Of a stretch of DNA of 64,000 bases, positions 13,801 to 27,190 are shown in pieces. Position numbers and translations under genes: made by a program. A model generated the notes under the pieces. It did not search any database and was not told the origin of the DNA. It saw nothing but the letters and a program-made list of their open reading frames with translations. Position 1 is the stretch's first letter; each line of letters starts with the position of its first letter. This DNA is from Octopus vulgaris (Eukaryota), in contig OX597817.1 in the NCBI GenBank assembly GCA_951406725.2, positions 95,170,001-95,234,000 on the forward strand. Reading direction: 5' to 3'.

Positions 13801-16800
13801 CCAGGTCTACGCTGGAGTGTCTGGGTGGTCCAGTCTGAATCGATCTGCCAATTCAAAACGACTTAGCAGATCGTTGAGGTGAGGTAATCCCCTCCTATTC
13901 TTTCTCGAGCCAACATAATCTACGAGTGTATCGCAAATTATGTTGAAGTCTCCTAGCAATACTAACGTGTTCGACGTGCCAAGAAAATTCTCTAGGCTTT
14001 TGAAGTACTCTTTCTGTCCAGCTTTTCCTTCGCAGGGAGCATAGACAGCGACCAGCCTGAACACTTTACCACTGCTGTGCGTCATATCCAAAACGACCAA
14101 CCTGCCTTCCGGATCTATAAAGACAGTTCTAATCTCTAAATCCAGGTTTTTCCTAACCAGCACTGCCACTCCTCCCCCCCCCCCCAGGTCGACAGGGAAA
14201 AACTTATTTCTCGTAGCCGTTTAGAAGGGGCGAAAAAGCCTGTAGCCCACTCAGTCTGGATTCGGTAACTACCACTACATCCAAACGATGCGACCTAAGG
14301 TCGTTAAGGAGGTAGCCTTGCTTCCAATACGACCCCAGGCCGCGAATATTTATACAACCGAGTTTAAATGAGAATGTGAAAAATTAGTCGAAAGTTTAAA
14401 ACTTACTGTTTTAACGGAAGAGAGGGTGTAGTTTCACCCTCCTCTTTTCTGTCTGTGAGTGTTGTGTTTTGTGAGGTCATTTTTTTCGCGAATTGCTTAT
14501 ACAGATGGCTTGAAAAGTTCATCTGTAACGGACCGACGTCCTCCGCAAAATATTTTTTTAGTTCAAAATAGTCAGAGTTAACTATAGTATAAAATTCGAC
14601 ATTTTCAGAAATAGTTGCGATATATTTTTTCGCCGATTTCATTAAAATAATTTTTTCCCTTAATAGTTTATTATTTTTATTTATCGCCGTGAAGGTGTTT
14701 CTTTTTTTTTTTTTTTAGGCGATTGTGTAGGGGGGGGGTGCTTTTAGATGCGTGAGTGTTTGTAGGTGTGTGTGTGTGCTTTTTCCAGTGTGTGTGTTTT
14801 TTTGGCTAAGTGTGTGTTTGCGACTGTATTTGTGGGTGTGGGTGTGCTTGTCTGTCTCGGAGCATAGTCCTGTGTATCCGAAGAGGGTGGGTTTTTCCGT
14901 TTCCGTCTTCTTTTTGAAGGTTCTATGGTGACCCACTCCTGGATGTTGTTGTTGTTTTCTCCCGCTGTCGGCTGAACTTCGGCAATTGGGGTGCGCGACG
15001 TGGCTGCTATTTCTAGCGGTGTGGTTGTTGTCTTCGGCGTCGTGCTTGCCTCTTCTGCAGCATTTTCTTTGGCTGTCTTCTTCTTACAGCTCGACCTTAT
15101 GTGGCCTTTCTCGCCACATTTGTAACACCTGGGCTTTCTCCCCTCGACTACTACCATCATGCTGGTATTTTCTCCAATGGTGAGGGAACTGGGCAATTTT
15201 TCTAAGTCTGAGGGGTTTGCTTGGATCACAAGCTCTAAATCTTGTCCATACCAGTTCATGTGGCGATATCTCTTAGACTGAAGAATGGCAATTTCTTCCT
15301 CTTTGCCTAAGAGAATCGCTGCTATGACAAAGGCCACATGTATTTCGGGTGGAATATCCGTGACCGTTATTTTCGATGTTCTCTTTCCTAAATAAGTTGG
15401 AAGGAGAACTACATCTTCCGACTTCAATGTTCTTGTTGAATGTTCCCTAGCTTTTTCTTCGCTACGGAAACGCACCTCTACAGTGCCGAAGCGACTATCC
15501 CTCGTTATATAACTAGTTTGTTGCCATATCGGCCTCAAGCATTTTTCTATCGCTTCCCTCGGCACGAAGTCAATTTTCCTATTTTTCACATTATGTTTTG
15601 TATATTACAGCCTTCCTCTCCGTCGTGTAAATTAATTCACTGGGAGGGAGCAACCTCACATTATCACCTTCTTTTTTTAATAAACTTTGGTACTTCTTCA
15701 ATTCTCCCTTGTTTATAACTATTGTTACGACCTGCCGTCGCTCCAACTCGAACCCGGGATCCCAACAAGTCGAGCGACGACGATTGACCAGGCTCGATCG
15801 ATCGGGAAAGTTCGCCACACACAGAGAGAACTTGGTGGGGATGGTAGCGGCGACCGGCAACCACCTCCGGAGAGAACAACAACAACAAACAGCAGCAGGA
15901 AGAGACACAGAGGCAATCGGCTACATTTAACAACAGTTTATGACAATCATTACAACATCAAATACATTTAAAGATACATCAGATATATCAAAGAAGGAAA
16001 CAACAAATCAAATAAATCAAAGAATCAACAGCATGCAACAGATCAAAGCATTTAAACATGCAGATACAATAAACAGTTCAGAGACAATAGTTCGAATCCA
16101 ATTAAAACAAATAACGTTCAATTAACGATACAGTTCAGAGTTCTTTTCTTGTCTTTTTCCTTCTTTTTTTCTTTAGCACTTATCAATACAACAATTCACG
16201 TTACAATTCAACAACTCTTTTTTTTCTTTCCTTAATTCACAATGTCTTTTTACTGTCTCATTTCTTTTCCAGCCTTTAGCACTGTTCTTTATAACACATC
16301 AACAAGTCCTTTACTCAATTCACATTGTTCAATTCTTTTACATAAGTAACACAACTCAATAATCAACATACCGTACAACAGCCAATGCCTCACACCGTAG
16401 TCCATCTCTATTAGCTGTTTAATCCTATGTGTATGTCTTCCTCAACCCCTCACTATCTCCCCTGTCATCTCTCATGACTGTGTCTGTCTCTCTCTGCGCT
16501 TCCTTCGTAATCCCGTCCGTCATGTTACTACCTCAATCTCTCGGCTGGAACTGACCTACAGACTCACAGCTCTTTTATAAGATAGTTTCTTTGACCCTTC
16601 CTTGACCGGCAAAAGAGGAGGGGTCTTTCCAGAACAAAGGACTATAACTTTACATTGTAGACTTTCAGTCTCCAAGCCAAGCAAAGTAGGTCATAGAAGT
16701 GTCCCTGACTATTCACAACACTATATTATCACAGGGGCGAGTTGCTGCACTCGCAAAATTCATTTTTGACTTTTCCTGTTGTGTAGTAACTTCGCTAGAC

Positions 16801-17092
16801 ATATCGTCGTCTACTTTTGTAACGCGCGCGTGAGACGCCTCTTTACTTTCACCTTCCTCCTCCCACATATTCGCCTTCAAGCAAATTTTCAAAGTTTTCC
16901 TCCGACTCGGAAGAAATTGGTGGCAAATTCATGTTTTTCGTAGCTTCCCCCTTGAAAGAAGGGGGAAAGAACAGCAAAACTCTGCTGCAACAGCAGAAAA
17001 GAAGTGGTCTCGACGACCAAAACAGCAAATTTTCAAAATTTTCAGCACATAAACAATCTTTCACTGCGGAGCAAAGAATAACACGACCGATA
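10831..17092 (-). mobile_element. Near full-length Tx1/L1-clade LINE (ORF1 with CCHC knuckle; ORF2 APE endonuclease plus RT plus C-terminal Cys motif), disabled by frameshifts/stops and a solo-LTR insertion
   Basis: ORF1 CYKCGEKGHIRSSC (14744-15589); EN VAVYAP..VLLGDFN (13807-14169); RT KSPGLDGL, NFRPITLLN, VRQGCPLSPLLY, YADD (11048-13359); 3' end AATAAAGAAATA abuts (TC)n. Confidence 0.9.
15723..16720 (-). mobile_element. Solo LTR (Gypsy-type) inserted in LINE ORF1
   Basis: TGTT...AACA termini; 4-bp TSD CTAT at 15719-15722 and 16721-16724; removal restores ORF1 frame (..RPCDNIVINKGELKK..); TATAAAAG on the minus strand near 16575. Confidence 0.8.
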
Positions 17093-17916
17093 AGAGAGAG
17101 TGAAAAAATGGCAAGTTATCTCACCAGGGGGGATAACTTCGTTCCGAATTACCTTTCTTGCTTTAATTGAACTTCATTAGATTTATGCTTAAATATATTT
17201 AATATCTTGTTATTGAAGAGGTGACTGAAATGAACCGTAAATAGATGTGCAAATATATTTTTCTAAAGTGTGAATATTGTAAAATGTTGATATTTTCTTC
17301 TGAACTATTGCACACAGCTAAATTCAAATCATTTTATTTTAAAACATTTTGAAATTAGCATATAAGAAATTAAATCAACTCAAAAAACTGAATTACCAAG
17401 CTGATTTTGTTGGTACTTGAAATCAGAAACATTATTACTGGAAATTCTAAACAGTGCAAACAACCAGAACAAATATCACCAGACATGTCTGGTACTCTAA
17501 TAATTCTACTAAACCAGTACTGGAATTTTACCTACCCTAAAAGATGCAACGCAATGGTTCACCTCAAAAGTACTGGAATATCCACAATGCATTTTTAACA
17601 GGTGAGAGAAGTAGTCTGATTGTAATAAAAAAGGAAGTAAACAATCAGTCCTCTGCCTTAGCAGACTGTTTTCAGTCGTGCTTGTTCGTTTGTCCATGAA
17701 CAAGATATCTCAAAAACCGCTGGATGGATTCGGATAAAGCTTTCAGAGAGTATCTGTCTGAAAACAAAAACAGTTGCTAAAAGAGGCTGGATGTGACTAA
17801 CAACCATGCAACCAATGGAAAGCTTCGATTCAATGATACATTTCCATGGAACATTAAGTGAAAAGAAACTAATCACCACCCAATAGTGTAGAACTACTAT
17901 CATTGTAAGGCTGGAA

Positions 17917-19010
17917 TTGGTAAGCCAGGGAGCTGTACCAAGTCTGATTTTCGTTTGGTTTCTAGGGCTGGATATTCATTCTAAAGCCAACCACCCAAAG
18001 AGTGTAATGGGTGCCTTTTATGCCTCACTGACACTGTCCATAATTGTAGTTTCACTTGGCCTGACTCTTTTTGGACACAACAAACTGCCAAAAGTTTCAG
18101 TCATTGCCTCCATGGTCTTCCTGGGTCCACTTCTTCCACAGGTTCTCTCCAGTTAGAGATCAGCACACTATACAGCTTTATTCATAGGACTATACCAGTG
18201 GTCTTCTCTTGCACATCACATCTGATGCATCCTATGCCCAATTTTTGTCTCAAGATGCTAACCCTGTCATACATGCACATCCAATGAAGCAAAGTAGCTT
18301 CTTTTCCTTCAAAATTTTGCACATCCTCTGCAGTCACAGCCCAGGTTTCACTGCTGTGTAGTATGGCTGTTTAATATACACCTCATACAATCAGCCTTTC
18401 ACTCTTAAGGAGAGGCCTTTTGTTACAAAGGCTTTGCCCAGCCCATTTTAATAGTTATGCTCTCTGAGCATCCCCCTTCCACTGACTTGTCCAACTAAGT
18501 AACACAAGCTATTTACAACTTCTAAGTATTCATCTAGGCATTTGATGAAGTCTATTTTCTGTACATTCCAAATGTTTGTTGTACCTTCATTGATGTACAT
18601 CAACACAAATACTTTCTCCGATAATCTGATATTGCTGCACCTAGTGTCCATAGCTTGCACCAGGTACACCTTACAGTTATTATCTACACACTAAGGAGTG
18701 CCATCTCCCTGATGGGAGCTGTAATTTTGCCTACAAAGACTTTGGTCTTTGCTTAAGGACCTTTCATTCCAGACCTTGCTAATGCTGGTAGTGATAAGGT
18801 CATTAGAACAGAGGAGCTCTCAAGAGCAACCCAACTTAAATTACTCTGTTATTGCCTGGTGGACTACCATGAACAAGGGGGTACTGAGGACCAATCGCTG
18901 GAGTATTGAATTCATTAGCTTTACTCATTGCTAACCTTCACCTTACTAACAGCTTCGCTGTACATGGCTTGTACAGTTCTCTCCAACCATTCATCTATCC
19001 CTAGTTGCCA
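17917..19010 (-). mobile_element. Degenerate RTE (BovB-like) LINE 3' portion
   Basis: Diverged homology to 28560-30040 (GSVLSPLLF.VV.QAITE region, GLSLRVKG.LY..C..TA.LHS). Confidence 0.7.
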
Positions 19011-19140
19011 TATATGAAGAACAGTCCCATTCCATATTCCTTTCTAGTGGAGTCCAGTAAATATGACCAACTGTCTACATTCCTAGTACCGACTTATAAT
19101 CGAATGAGTTAAAAACAAGATCAATTTGGATACAAAGAGT

Positions 19141-19169
19141 TTTAATTTTTTACATTGTATATATTTATT
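19141..19169 (-). terminator. RPL19 polyadenylation signals
   Basis: AATAAA overlapping the stop codon (19164-19169) and ATTAAA at 19141-19146 on the minus strand. Confidence 0.55.
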
Positions 19170-19288
19170 TCTTCAAGGCATCTTCTTCACGATAAGCCTT
19201 AATCAAATCTGCTTTCTTCTGAGCAATACGCTCTTCACGACGTTTACGAGCTTCTTTGACCTTTGTCCTGCGAGCTTCGGCTTGGTCA
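19165..19288 (-). CDS. RPL19: 60S ribosomal protein L19 (eL19), coding exon 5 (last, 124 bp)
   Basis: cttgtAG|T GAC CAA.. = (S)[40 protein letters not shown]; phase matches exon 4. Confidence 0.96.
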
Positions 19289-19986
19289 CTACAAGGAAAC
19301 ATATGAATTAGAATACATCAGACTAATGAACATGCAGAAAAACAGAACATAAGGAAAATGAATTAATCTGACTAGCAATTCTAAATTTGGACTTTTATCA
19401 GATTAATTAATAACTATGTAGGAAAATAAGCAAAGATAGTTTTGCAGCAGAGTTGTCTCACATTTTCTCTACATCTCTTAGGTAGCAAATTTTTCATAAT
19501 ATACAATATTTATATTCATCAGGATGTAAATGAGCACATCTGCCAAACTCGGTATTATCAATTAATACAGAAATAAATCACATACAATTGTTATTATATT
19601 ATACTGTAGTATTATTTTGATAACATAATTTTCTTGTTCATATGATAAAACTATCCAACTATCATCACCTCAAAACCAGCATTACACATCACAATTATTA
19701 AACCACTTTAATGGTTACAAAAATTTGTTACAATTTGGCAAATGTACACAAATTCAAGACCCTAGAGAAGTTAATTAAAACTAAACCAAAAGAGAAAACT
19801 ATACTATTCATGCCAATCTTTTAGAAATCCTCAAAACACCTCACAGGTATTTACAATATCTTATAATGAAGCAACATAACATTTATTTAGAAAACTTACT
19901 TTTGCTTTCTAAAGTTTTATATGTATGTGTGCATGTGTATATATGGGTGTGTGTCTATATCATATATATATATACACACACACATT

Positions 19987-20620
19987 ATCGTTTAACGTCC
20001 GTTTTCCGTGCTTGCATGGGTTGGACAGTTCAACCAGGAGGCTGCATGAGGCTCCAGTCTGATCTGGCAGTGTTTCTACAGCTGGATACCCTTCCTAAAG
20101 CCAACCCTTCGTGAGTGTAGTGGGTGCTTCTTACCTGCCACCAGCACAGGGGCCAGGAGGCTGGCAACGTCCACGACCGGTTGGTGCTTTTTACGTGCCA
20201 CCAGCACGGACGCCAGTCAAGGTGGCGCTGGCATCGGCCACATTTGGATGGTGTTTTTTATGTGCCACCGGTACAGGTATCAAAACTACAATTTCCATTT
20301 GATTTTTATTTTAATGTACTTGACTCAATAGGTCTCAAGCACAGCAGGTCACCCTACAAGCCACAAACTCACTTCATTTGTCAGGTCTTCAGTCACAGCA
20401 TATCTCCAGAGGTCTTGGTCTTTCGTCATTGCCTCTGTGAGGCCCAACGTTCATAGGTCATGCTTGACCACCTCGTCCCATGTCTTCCTGGGTCTACCTC
20501 TACCTCGGATTCCTTCAACTGCCTGGCACTTCTTCACACATCTTTCCTCATCCATCCATAGTACATGACCATACCAACGCAAACATCTCTCTGGCACACC
20601 ACATCAGATGCTTCATATGT
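19987..20620 (-). mobile_element. RTE LINE 3' fragment in RPL19 intron 4
   Basis: Reverse complement of the RTE 3' end (GRPRKTWDEVVKHDL..LGLTE; GGAAAACGGACGTTAAACGAT tail). Confidence 0.8.
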
Positions 20621-20690
20621 CCAATGTATGTGTGTGTGTGTGTGTGTGTATGTGTGTATATATATATATATATACACACACACACATCTC

Positions 20691-21432
20691 AAATAAATGC
20701 ATGAAATTTTGATATGATATAAAGGACATGATGGAAATTAATATGCACAAGCCAAATTTTGCAACATCACATATGAAAAATAACGCTTAAATAGCACCCA
20801 TTTTCGGCTTCACATGCTCGTACTCTTTCCAAAACTTGCACCATAACACCCCGAAGAGTTTCAGACTCCACTTCTCTATATTGATGTTCTCTTTTCAGTT
20901 GAACCAGGGTCTCCTTTTTGTTGACGCAAAGCCTCTCATTCAGGTTATCTCCACAAGAAAAAATCCCGGCTAGTCAAGTGTGGGGAACATGAAGGCCAGT
21001 TGGCATTGCCATAGCAAGAGATTATTCACTCTCCAAAGCACTGCCATAGCAACTGCATTGTTGCAGTATAAGCAGTTGCCCCATCTTGCTGGAACCATAT
21101 GTGAGGTCTACTTAGAATAGCCAGGCGCCAAAAAGCTTCAATCATGGATACCTGAAAGAGATCCTGGAGCAACTGAAGGAGAAATTCAATAGAGAAATCA
21201 GAGAAGTGGGGTCTGAAACTCTTGAGGGTGTTATGGTACAAGTTTCAGAAAGAGCACGGGCATGCAAAGCCAAAAATAGCTACCATTTTCCATATACGTA
21301 GTGGTGTTGCAAAATTTGACTTGTACATTTTAATTTCCATTGTCTTTTATATTGTATCAAAATTTCATGCATTTATTTGTAAAGTTAATGAAGTTATTAA
21401 AAATTGAAACCCATGACTTTCAGCACCCCCTG
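20691..21432. mobile_element. Tc1/mariner relic with inverted duplication of its 3' part, in RPL19 intron 4
   Basis: Minus strand WFQQDGATAYTA..WPSCSPHL..DFFLW; 20691-20920 is the diverged reverse complement of 21155-21380; right end ..CACCCCCTG|TA. Confidence 0.7.
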
Positions 21433-21937
21433 TATGTGTGTGTGTATATATATAAGGGAGCTTATCTAGTGATTTTAGAAAGCTTAAGGGAAAAAATATC
21501 TGCTGAAATAATGAGTGTTGTTTCCATTTATATAAGCTATTATATTATTTAAAGCTACTCCAGTCATGGCTCAAGAACTATAGAGAAATACATTTTCCAA
21601 TGTGTTCTACTGTTCTTGAGACAAGACCATCAAATTTGAAAACTTTATTTCTCAATACATCAGAATCTCCCATCCCACATCTACTAGTGATCAATAATAA
21701 TAAACAAGATCACCTGGAAATTTTTAAATACTTCATGTGAAACAGTTTCCTCATCTATGAATATTTCTCCTGAGTCAAGTAGTATAGGCTCTACACAACT
21801 TTATACATTATAGTACTTCACATCTGCCAACCCAAAAACCATTCTTATTACATATTTAACTCACTTGGACAGACACTCATAGATTATGAAGCAAATTGAG
21901 TTGTAATATAGAAAATATTAAGTAAACAAAAACTCAC

Positions 21938-22048
21938 CTGAGCAATTTAGTTCTCTGCTTCTCAGCCTTCTTCTTGTGAATGTATTCCATTAATACACGC
22001 TTATTCTTGAAGATGTTACCTTTGCACTTCAAATAAAGATCATGATAT
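21938..22048 (-). CDS. RPL19: RPL19 coding exon 4 (111 bp)
   Basis: tttcAG|A TAT CAT.. = (L)[36 protein letters not shown](S)|GTGAG. Confidence 0.97.
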
Positions 22049-23534
22049 CTGAAAGAAAATACAATTGCTCACTCAGTCCAAAACTATTGATACACAGCTA
22101 AATGACATTTACCATATTACTTAAGAGAGAAAATATTAAGATTTAGTAACAATGAAATAACAGAATTCATCACACAAATCAGATTATTGTCTCACCCCTT
22201 CACTACCATCAAGTCGACTGTTTCATATTTTAACAAATATTGAAGGGGGGGGGGTCAATAAAATAACTGATTAAAATAGAAACATTGTAGCACCATTGTT
22301 TTATAACAGTAGTGCTACGTGTATTTTGCATGACAATGTATATGAACTATTCCAACAATCATTAGATGAAAACTATTTAGCATGGCTGCCTTTTCAATGT
22401 AGCCAAAATTATCTTCCTCTAATTCAAGACATTATTTGGAGAATTAGTAAGTATCTGATCCCAGTTAAAATACTTTTCAGTCAAAGCAAGAACAAAGAAA
22501 TTCAGGGAATCTGCTAACAGTAAAGAAATATTCCATCTCTTCATCACTAAATCAAGAACTGAGATTAAAAGTAACTCTGTTATAGTATACCCAAAAAGTG
22601 TAGAAGGCAAGGGGGCTTTGTGGACATAAAAATATGATCATGTGATTTCCTGTGTTCTCTTTATAGCAGACAGTTTTATAGCCTACACTAGTGAAGGTCA
22701 AAAAACCACTTGCATATTCTAGTTTTCTTTCATGTAGAATGTTTTTTTTCATTAACTGCAAAACAAACTAAACACTCTTTTTCATACATCATAATAAAAG
22801 AGTAAAAGTGAATGCTTAAGATATCTTTCTAGAATTTCCGTACACATAATTATAGATGCACTTATTACACATGTATAAGTTCTTGTTAGCATTCATAATA
22901 CAATGTATGAAACATAAAGGGTATTTTAAGGAAAGGTTAATATACATAAATATTGCAATAAAATCATTTTCATCTTTTGACCCAAATTTACTTCTTATCC
23001 TACCCAGAGAGGCCATGCAAACTCCCCATCCCACCCACCTTCTCTTGAGCAGCCTTATAGTCTCTCTACAGCTAGAAACCAGTTCTGCTGTAGTTCCTTC
23101 TCTCATATTTCAACCCTCATCTCCCAGCATAAAGATGCCTGTTCCTCTTGATTCATCATCTTGCAAACTGATTGACAACCTCAGTAATGCTGGTGGCACC
23201 CAGTACATGCAGTTAAGTGATTAGTGCTAGGAAGGACATGTATCCATAGAAACCCAAGTAAGGTAGGCAGGAGAGTATGATGCAACCCTAAAACCTTTAT
23301 CCAACAACCAACATTGGCCATTTGAATTTGCTTATAACATTTTCTTTGCAAACAAGGACCTGTTAAGGACCAGGCCCTCTTTTTAGTTTAGCTAATCCAC
23401 TCCACAATACATAGAAAATATAAACCGTTTACCAAACATCTGTATATAGCAATCTTATTACCTACAATCTGAGATAATGTGTGAAATTAATTTACCACAG
23501 CAACATCCACTGTTAAACTTTAGTAATAACTTAC

Positions 23535-23778
23535 AAGTGCTTGTCTATTTTCTTAGATTCTCTGTATTTCTTTAAAAGTCGTCGTAACACACGCTGACGT
23601 CGAATCCAAAGAATTTTTTGAGGCATTCGAGCATTGGCAGTACCCTTCCTTTTACCAGGACCCATATGCCTTCCCTTTCTTCGAGCAATCTTGTTCTTCC
23701 TGACACGGGCACGGGAATGGACACGCACGGGTTTGCGGATAATCAAACCATCTTTGACTAACTTCCTGATATTTTGCC
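23535..23778 (-). CDS. RPL19: RPL19 coding exon 3 (244 bp)
   Basis: ttgcAG|GG CAA.. = (R)[50 protein letters not shown](L)|GTAAG. Confidence 0.98.
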
Positions 23779-25441
23779 CTGCAATAAGATACAAAACCAG
23801 TAATTATTTTATTTCACAGCAAAATGTACAATTATGTGTCAAATGACTTTTGCTACTTCTACAGATGAACCATGTCTAACACTGCCAGCTGTACACCAAT
23901 AATGCCACTTCCAATATCTCCTAAGATGTACCCATCAATATCCATAGTAAGTAAAATCTACAGGAGACTTGCTCTTCTATGTCCTCTTCCTCAACAAAGC
24001 AAGTCTAGCATGATATTATAGCAAATATACCTCTTTGACACTGGACCCTGATGTATAATAATGTTCCACACTTTTCCACCTTAACATTCTGTATGACATA
24101 ATCCACACAGCACATCTGCCTGTCAGTCCTATACCACCTGCATTGAACCAGCCTTGTTATGAACAAAGGTCTGAAAAAAAACATACTTCAATCCTTTTAT
24201 GTATTATTTATCTGCATTCAGAATTTTCCATTATCGCTGCTACCACAACCCTGTATGTTACTTAAATTTTGCAATTTTTTTCAGGCTTTTTTATTTTTCT
24301 GGAAACTTTCTTTGGAAAATGGCTGGTGGCAACTTGAGTTAATCACTGAATTAATAGCAGATAAGGCTTTAGCTCTGATAACCAGAGCAATGTATTTCTT
24401 CTCAGCACACTCATAAAACCAAAGAAAAAACTCAATGTTCAACTTCAAAGCAGCCAATTTTTCAGTAAATGACTTGGAACTAAATATTGCTCGGAGAATG
24501 GTCAGAAACTGAACTGTCTTGCAAGGTCCAAAAGTGCCTTGAGGACTTGGTATAAAGTCTGTGGGGTATTTTTTTTCTATTTTTTTCCATTGACTTTTGG
24601 TCAATGTGGATGCCTAACAAACTAATTTGTATGAACAAAGGGGAGCTGTTGATATGCTTATATGTTGAAATTTGCGCACGCATGGATTTGTTGTCCCTGA
24701 TCACAAAGAACCCATAATTTTATAATGAATAAGCAGCAAAAATGTCAGAAATTACAACCATTATCACTTTTAGTATCAAAAGTGGTCTAGTTAAATTTCT
24801 TCCAACCAGTTCTCACCAGATTATTTTCAAATGAGTTTTGCAGGCTGAAAGTAAAAGGCACACTGATTTTTTTTGTTCCACCCCAACCCCACAAGAAATT
24901 GAAGTTTTCAGCAGTTAAAATTATGCAATTTTCATTTGGCAAGAGTATCTTTTGTACTGATAAAAACACAAACGTTTTAACATGCTAGAAATAACAGCCA
25001 AACCTTCCTTAAACTCTCCTATGTGTAAAAAAACACAAAGATGAAACACTGTGCCTTGCTTGAGGAAGGTAATCCAAGTATTTGTTGAGTGTTACAATTA
25101 ACATTTAAATTGAAGTCAATTTATGACCCTCAAAACTTGTAAACAAAGCTTAAGCACCACTTCATGTAAAGTTTTGAGTTGATCTCTGTCAATGGAGATC
25201 GGCACACACAATACACCACCAAATGGATACTGTCAACTGGCCAAAATGACAACTTGAAATGCTAGCAACTTAATTTTTTTTGAAAAAAATTAATGCAATT
25301 TTCATTATCAGCATGCAAAACTATATCAGAACTATATTTTTGGAAAACAATCTAGTAAAATTTTAAAAACAAAGTAGTTGGAAGAAATTCAAGATTCCCC
25401 AAAAGTATCAAATCTCTCTTTAAAAATAAAAAAATTCTTAC

Positions 25442-25548
25442 TCGAGTTGGCATTGGCTATTTCACTAGTTTCATTAGGATCAAGCCACACTTTATTCCGG
25501 CCACATTTAAGAACAGCAGCTGCGAGCCGCTTTTGTAGTCGCAAGTTA
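25442..25548 (-). CDS. RPL19: RPL19 coding exon 2 (107 bp)
   Basis: ttttAG|T AAC TTG.. = (S)[35 protein letters not shown](R)|GTAAG. Confidence 0.97.
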
Positions 25549-25849
25549 CTAAAAATAAAAAATGGATGAAATTGTAAGACACAAAATTTATTAATACATA
25601 ATCATTAACGATAATTGTTCTTTAAAAGCACTATCTTACAGGAGGACAAAAGAAATGAGATTGCATGACACTCATGCTTTACATTAGTACACAAACGATA
25701 AAATTGTCAATTTTTCTGTATTTATGCCAGGTATATACAATTTCATTATAAAATATTTTCCTCAAAGTTATGGACGAAAACCTCGTATCTTGTGAATTTT
25801 CCGATGTCCTCTCCCTACCCCCTAACAAATTTCTTTATAACCGTAAGTA

Positions 25850-26323
25850 CTATTTAAGAAGAGTGTGCGCACTCGCGCTAGCTAGTCGATCCTAAGACGG
25901 TACTACTAGCGAAGACTGAAAGAATATATCACACACATTTTATTTGATTTGTGTAAAAAAATCATATACATTGTTCTAAGAAATAATTTATTTACTTTCT
26001 TTAAAAAAATTCTTTCATTTTATTCTGTAAAATCAATTCATTTGCATACGCGCAAGTCGTTGTAAGATTGACTACTTACGACTAACTACCTAACGCGAGT
26101 GCGCGTATGCAAATTAATAGATGATTTTATTTATTTTTTTTTAATTAAGTAAAAATAACACACTACCTGTTTTTGGTACCCCCATCATACTCTTTAAACG
26201 TCGTTTTACGTTCTAATAACTTTCAACCGAATTTGTATGAACATTTGTTATAGGATAGGTAGTCGTTGTAGGATCAACTAGTCGCGATTAGCTACGCGAA
26301 CTGGGACCACTCTTCTTAAACAG
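25850..26323. mobile_element. Candidate MITE in RPL19 intron 1 (TIRs, TA flanks, internal hairpin)
   Basis: GTACTATTTAAGAAGAGTG (25847-25865) vs CACTCTTCTTAAACAGTAC (26308-26326), 18/19 inverted match; subterminal CTAGT.GATCCTA repeats; internal perfect 15-bp inverted repeat 26040-26054 / 26100-26114. Confidence 0.6.
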
Positions 26324-27165
26324 TACCGATAGAGTTGTTGGTTTGAAGATATACAGTATTTTAATGTGTATAAAAGTTTTTGTCAAAAATTAGGTTAATA
26401 AAATATTCTTATACATTGATAGTATTACAATCCCTTACAAAACCATTTTCCAAATTTTAAGCCCCCAAAATTAGGGGATTCCTTATATACGTTAAAATAC
26501 GGTAGTTTCAACCTGTCAATACATGTGTAATCTCATACACACACACGCGTTTACTATTATACAAGAGATTTCTGTACATTCTAAAAAAAAAAAAGTCTTC
26601 CACAATGAGGGCAAAATGGGTGGTAAACTTCTAAAAAATCTACCAAAAGGGTTTAATAGGAAACTACTGCTGAAGCAGTTAGTCAAGACATTTTAAATAT
26701 TGCTACACCACGTGTACGTATGGTTGATTGATGAGAAAGAAAGATACTGCTGTATGCTAGACAGTTGATCTATATGAAAAAATTGTATTCTATTTGCTTT
26801 TTCAACTTTGCCACAAAAATCGAAGTTTGGTCAAAAATATTTTCTATAACTAGAGAGGGTTTTATTTGTTTCTTACCTAAAAAGTAAAATAATAAATTGT
26901 TTTACTTAAAATAAATAATATAATTAATGCAGTCAGGCTAAAGTAGTATGAAGCATGCTTGCTTGATTTTGTCAGACATTTTAACATCGTGGCGGAGAGA
27001 CGACCACATGTGTACATATTAACTATGGTTAAATTACCAACGGAACATGTCATATTTTCAATGAAGGTGTTATTTAAGATATTTAATATGATAAATAAAC
27101 GATTACTGGAAGGTTATTCAGTACAGATAATGGATTTAAACTTAGATATTTAAAGACAAACTCAC

Positions 27166-27170
27166 CTCAT
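27166..27170 (-). CDS. RPL19: RPL19 coding exon 1 (ATG AG)
   Basis: gcagacATGAG|GTGAG; joins exon 2 as Met-Ser; total CDS 5+107+244+111+124 = 591 nt = 196 aa plus stop. Confidence 0.9.
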
Positions 27171-27190
27171 GTCTGCAGCCTGTAACAATG

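Noticed and set aside
22073-22173. Second C/D-like box pair in RPL19 intron 3
   Set aside because: The D box lies only about 25 nt from the 3' splice site and there is no terminal stem; likely chance.
22473-22551. Possible box C/D snoRNA in RPL19 intron 3 (minus strand GTGATGA...CTGA...CTGA, about 71 nt)
   Set aside because: Terminal stem is weak, there is no clear C' box, and no convincing long rRNA complementarity was recognised. A snoScan run or small-RNA data would be needed.
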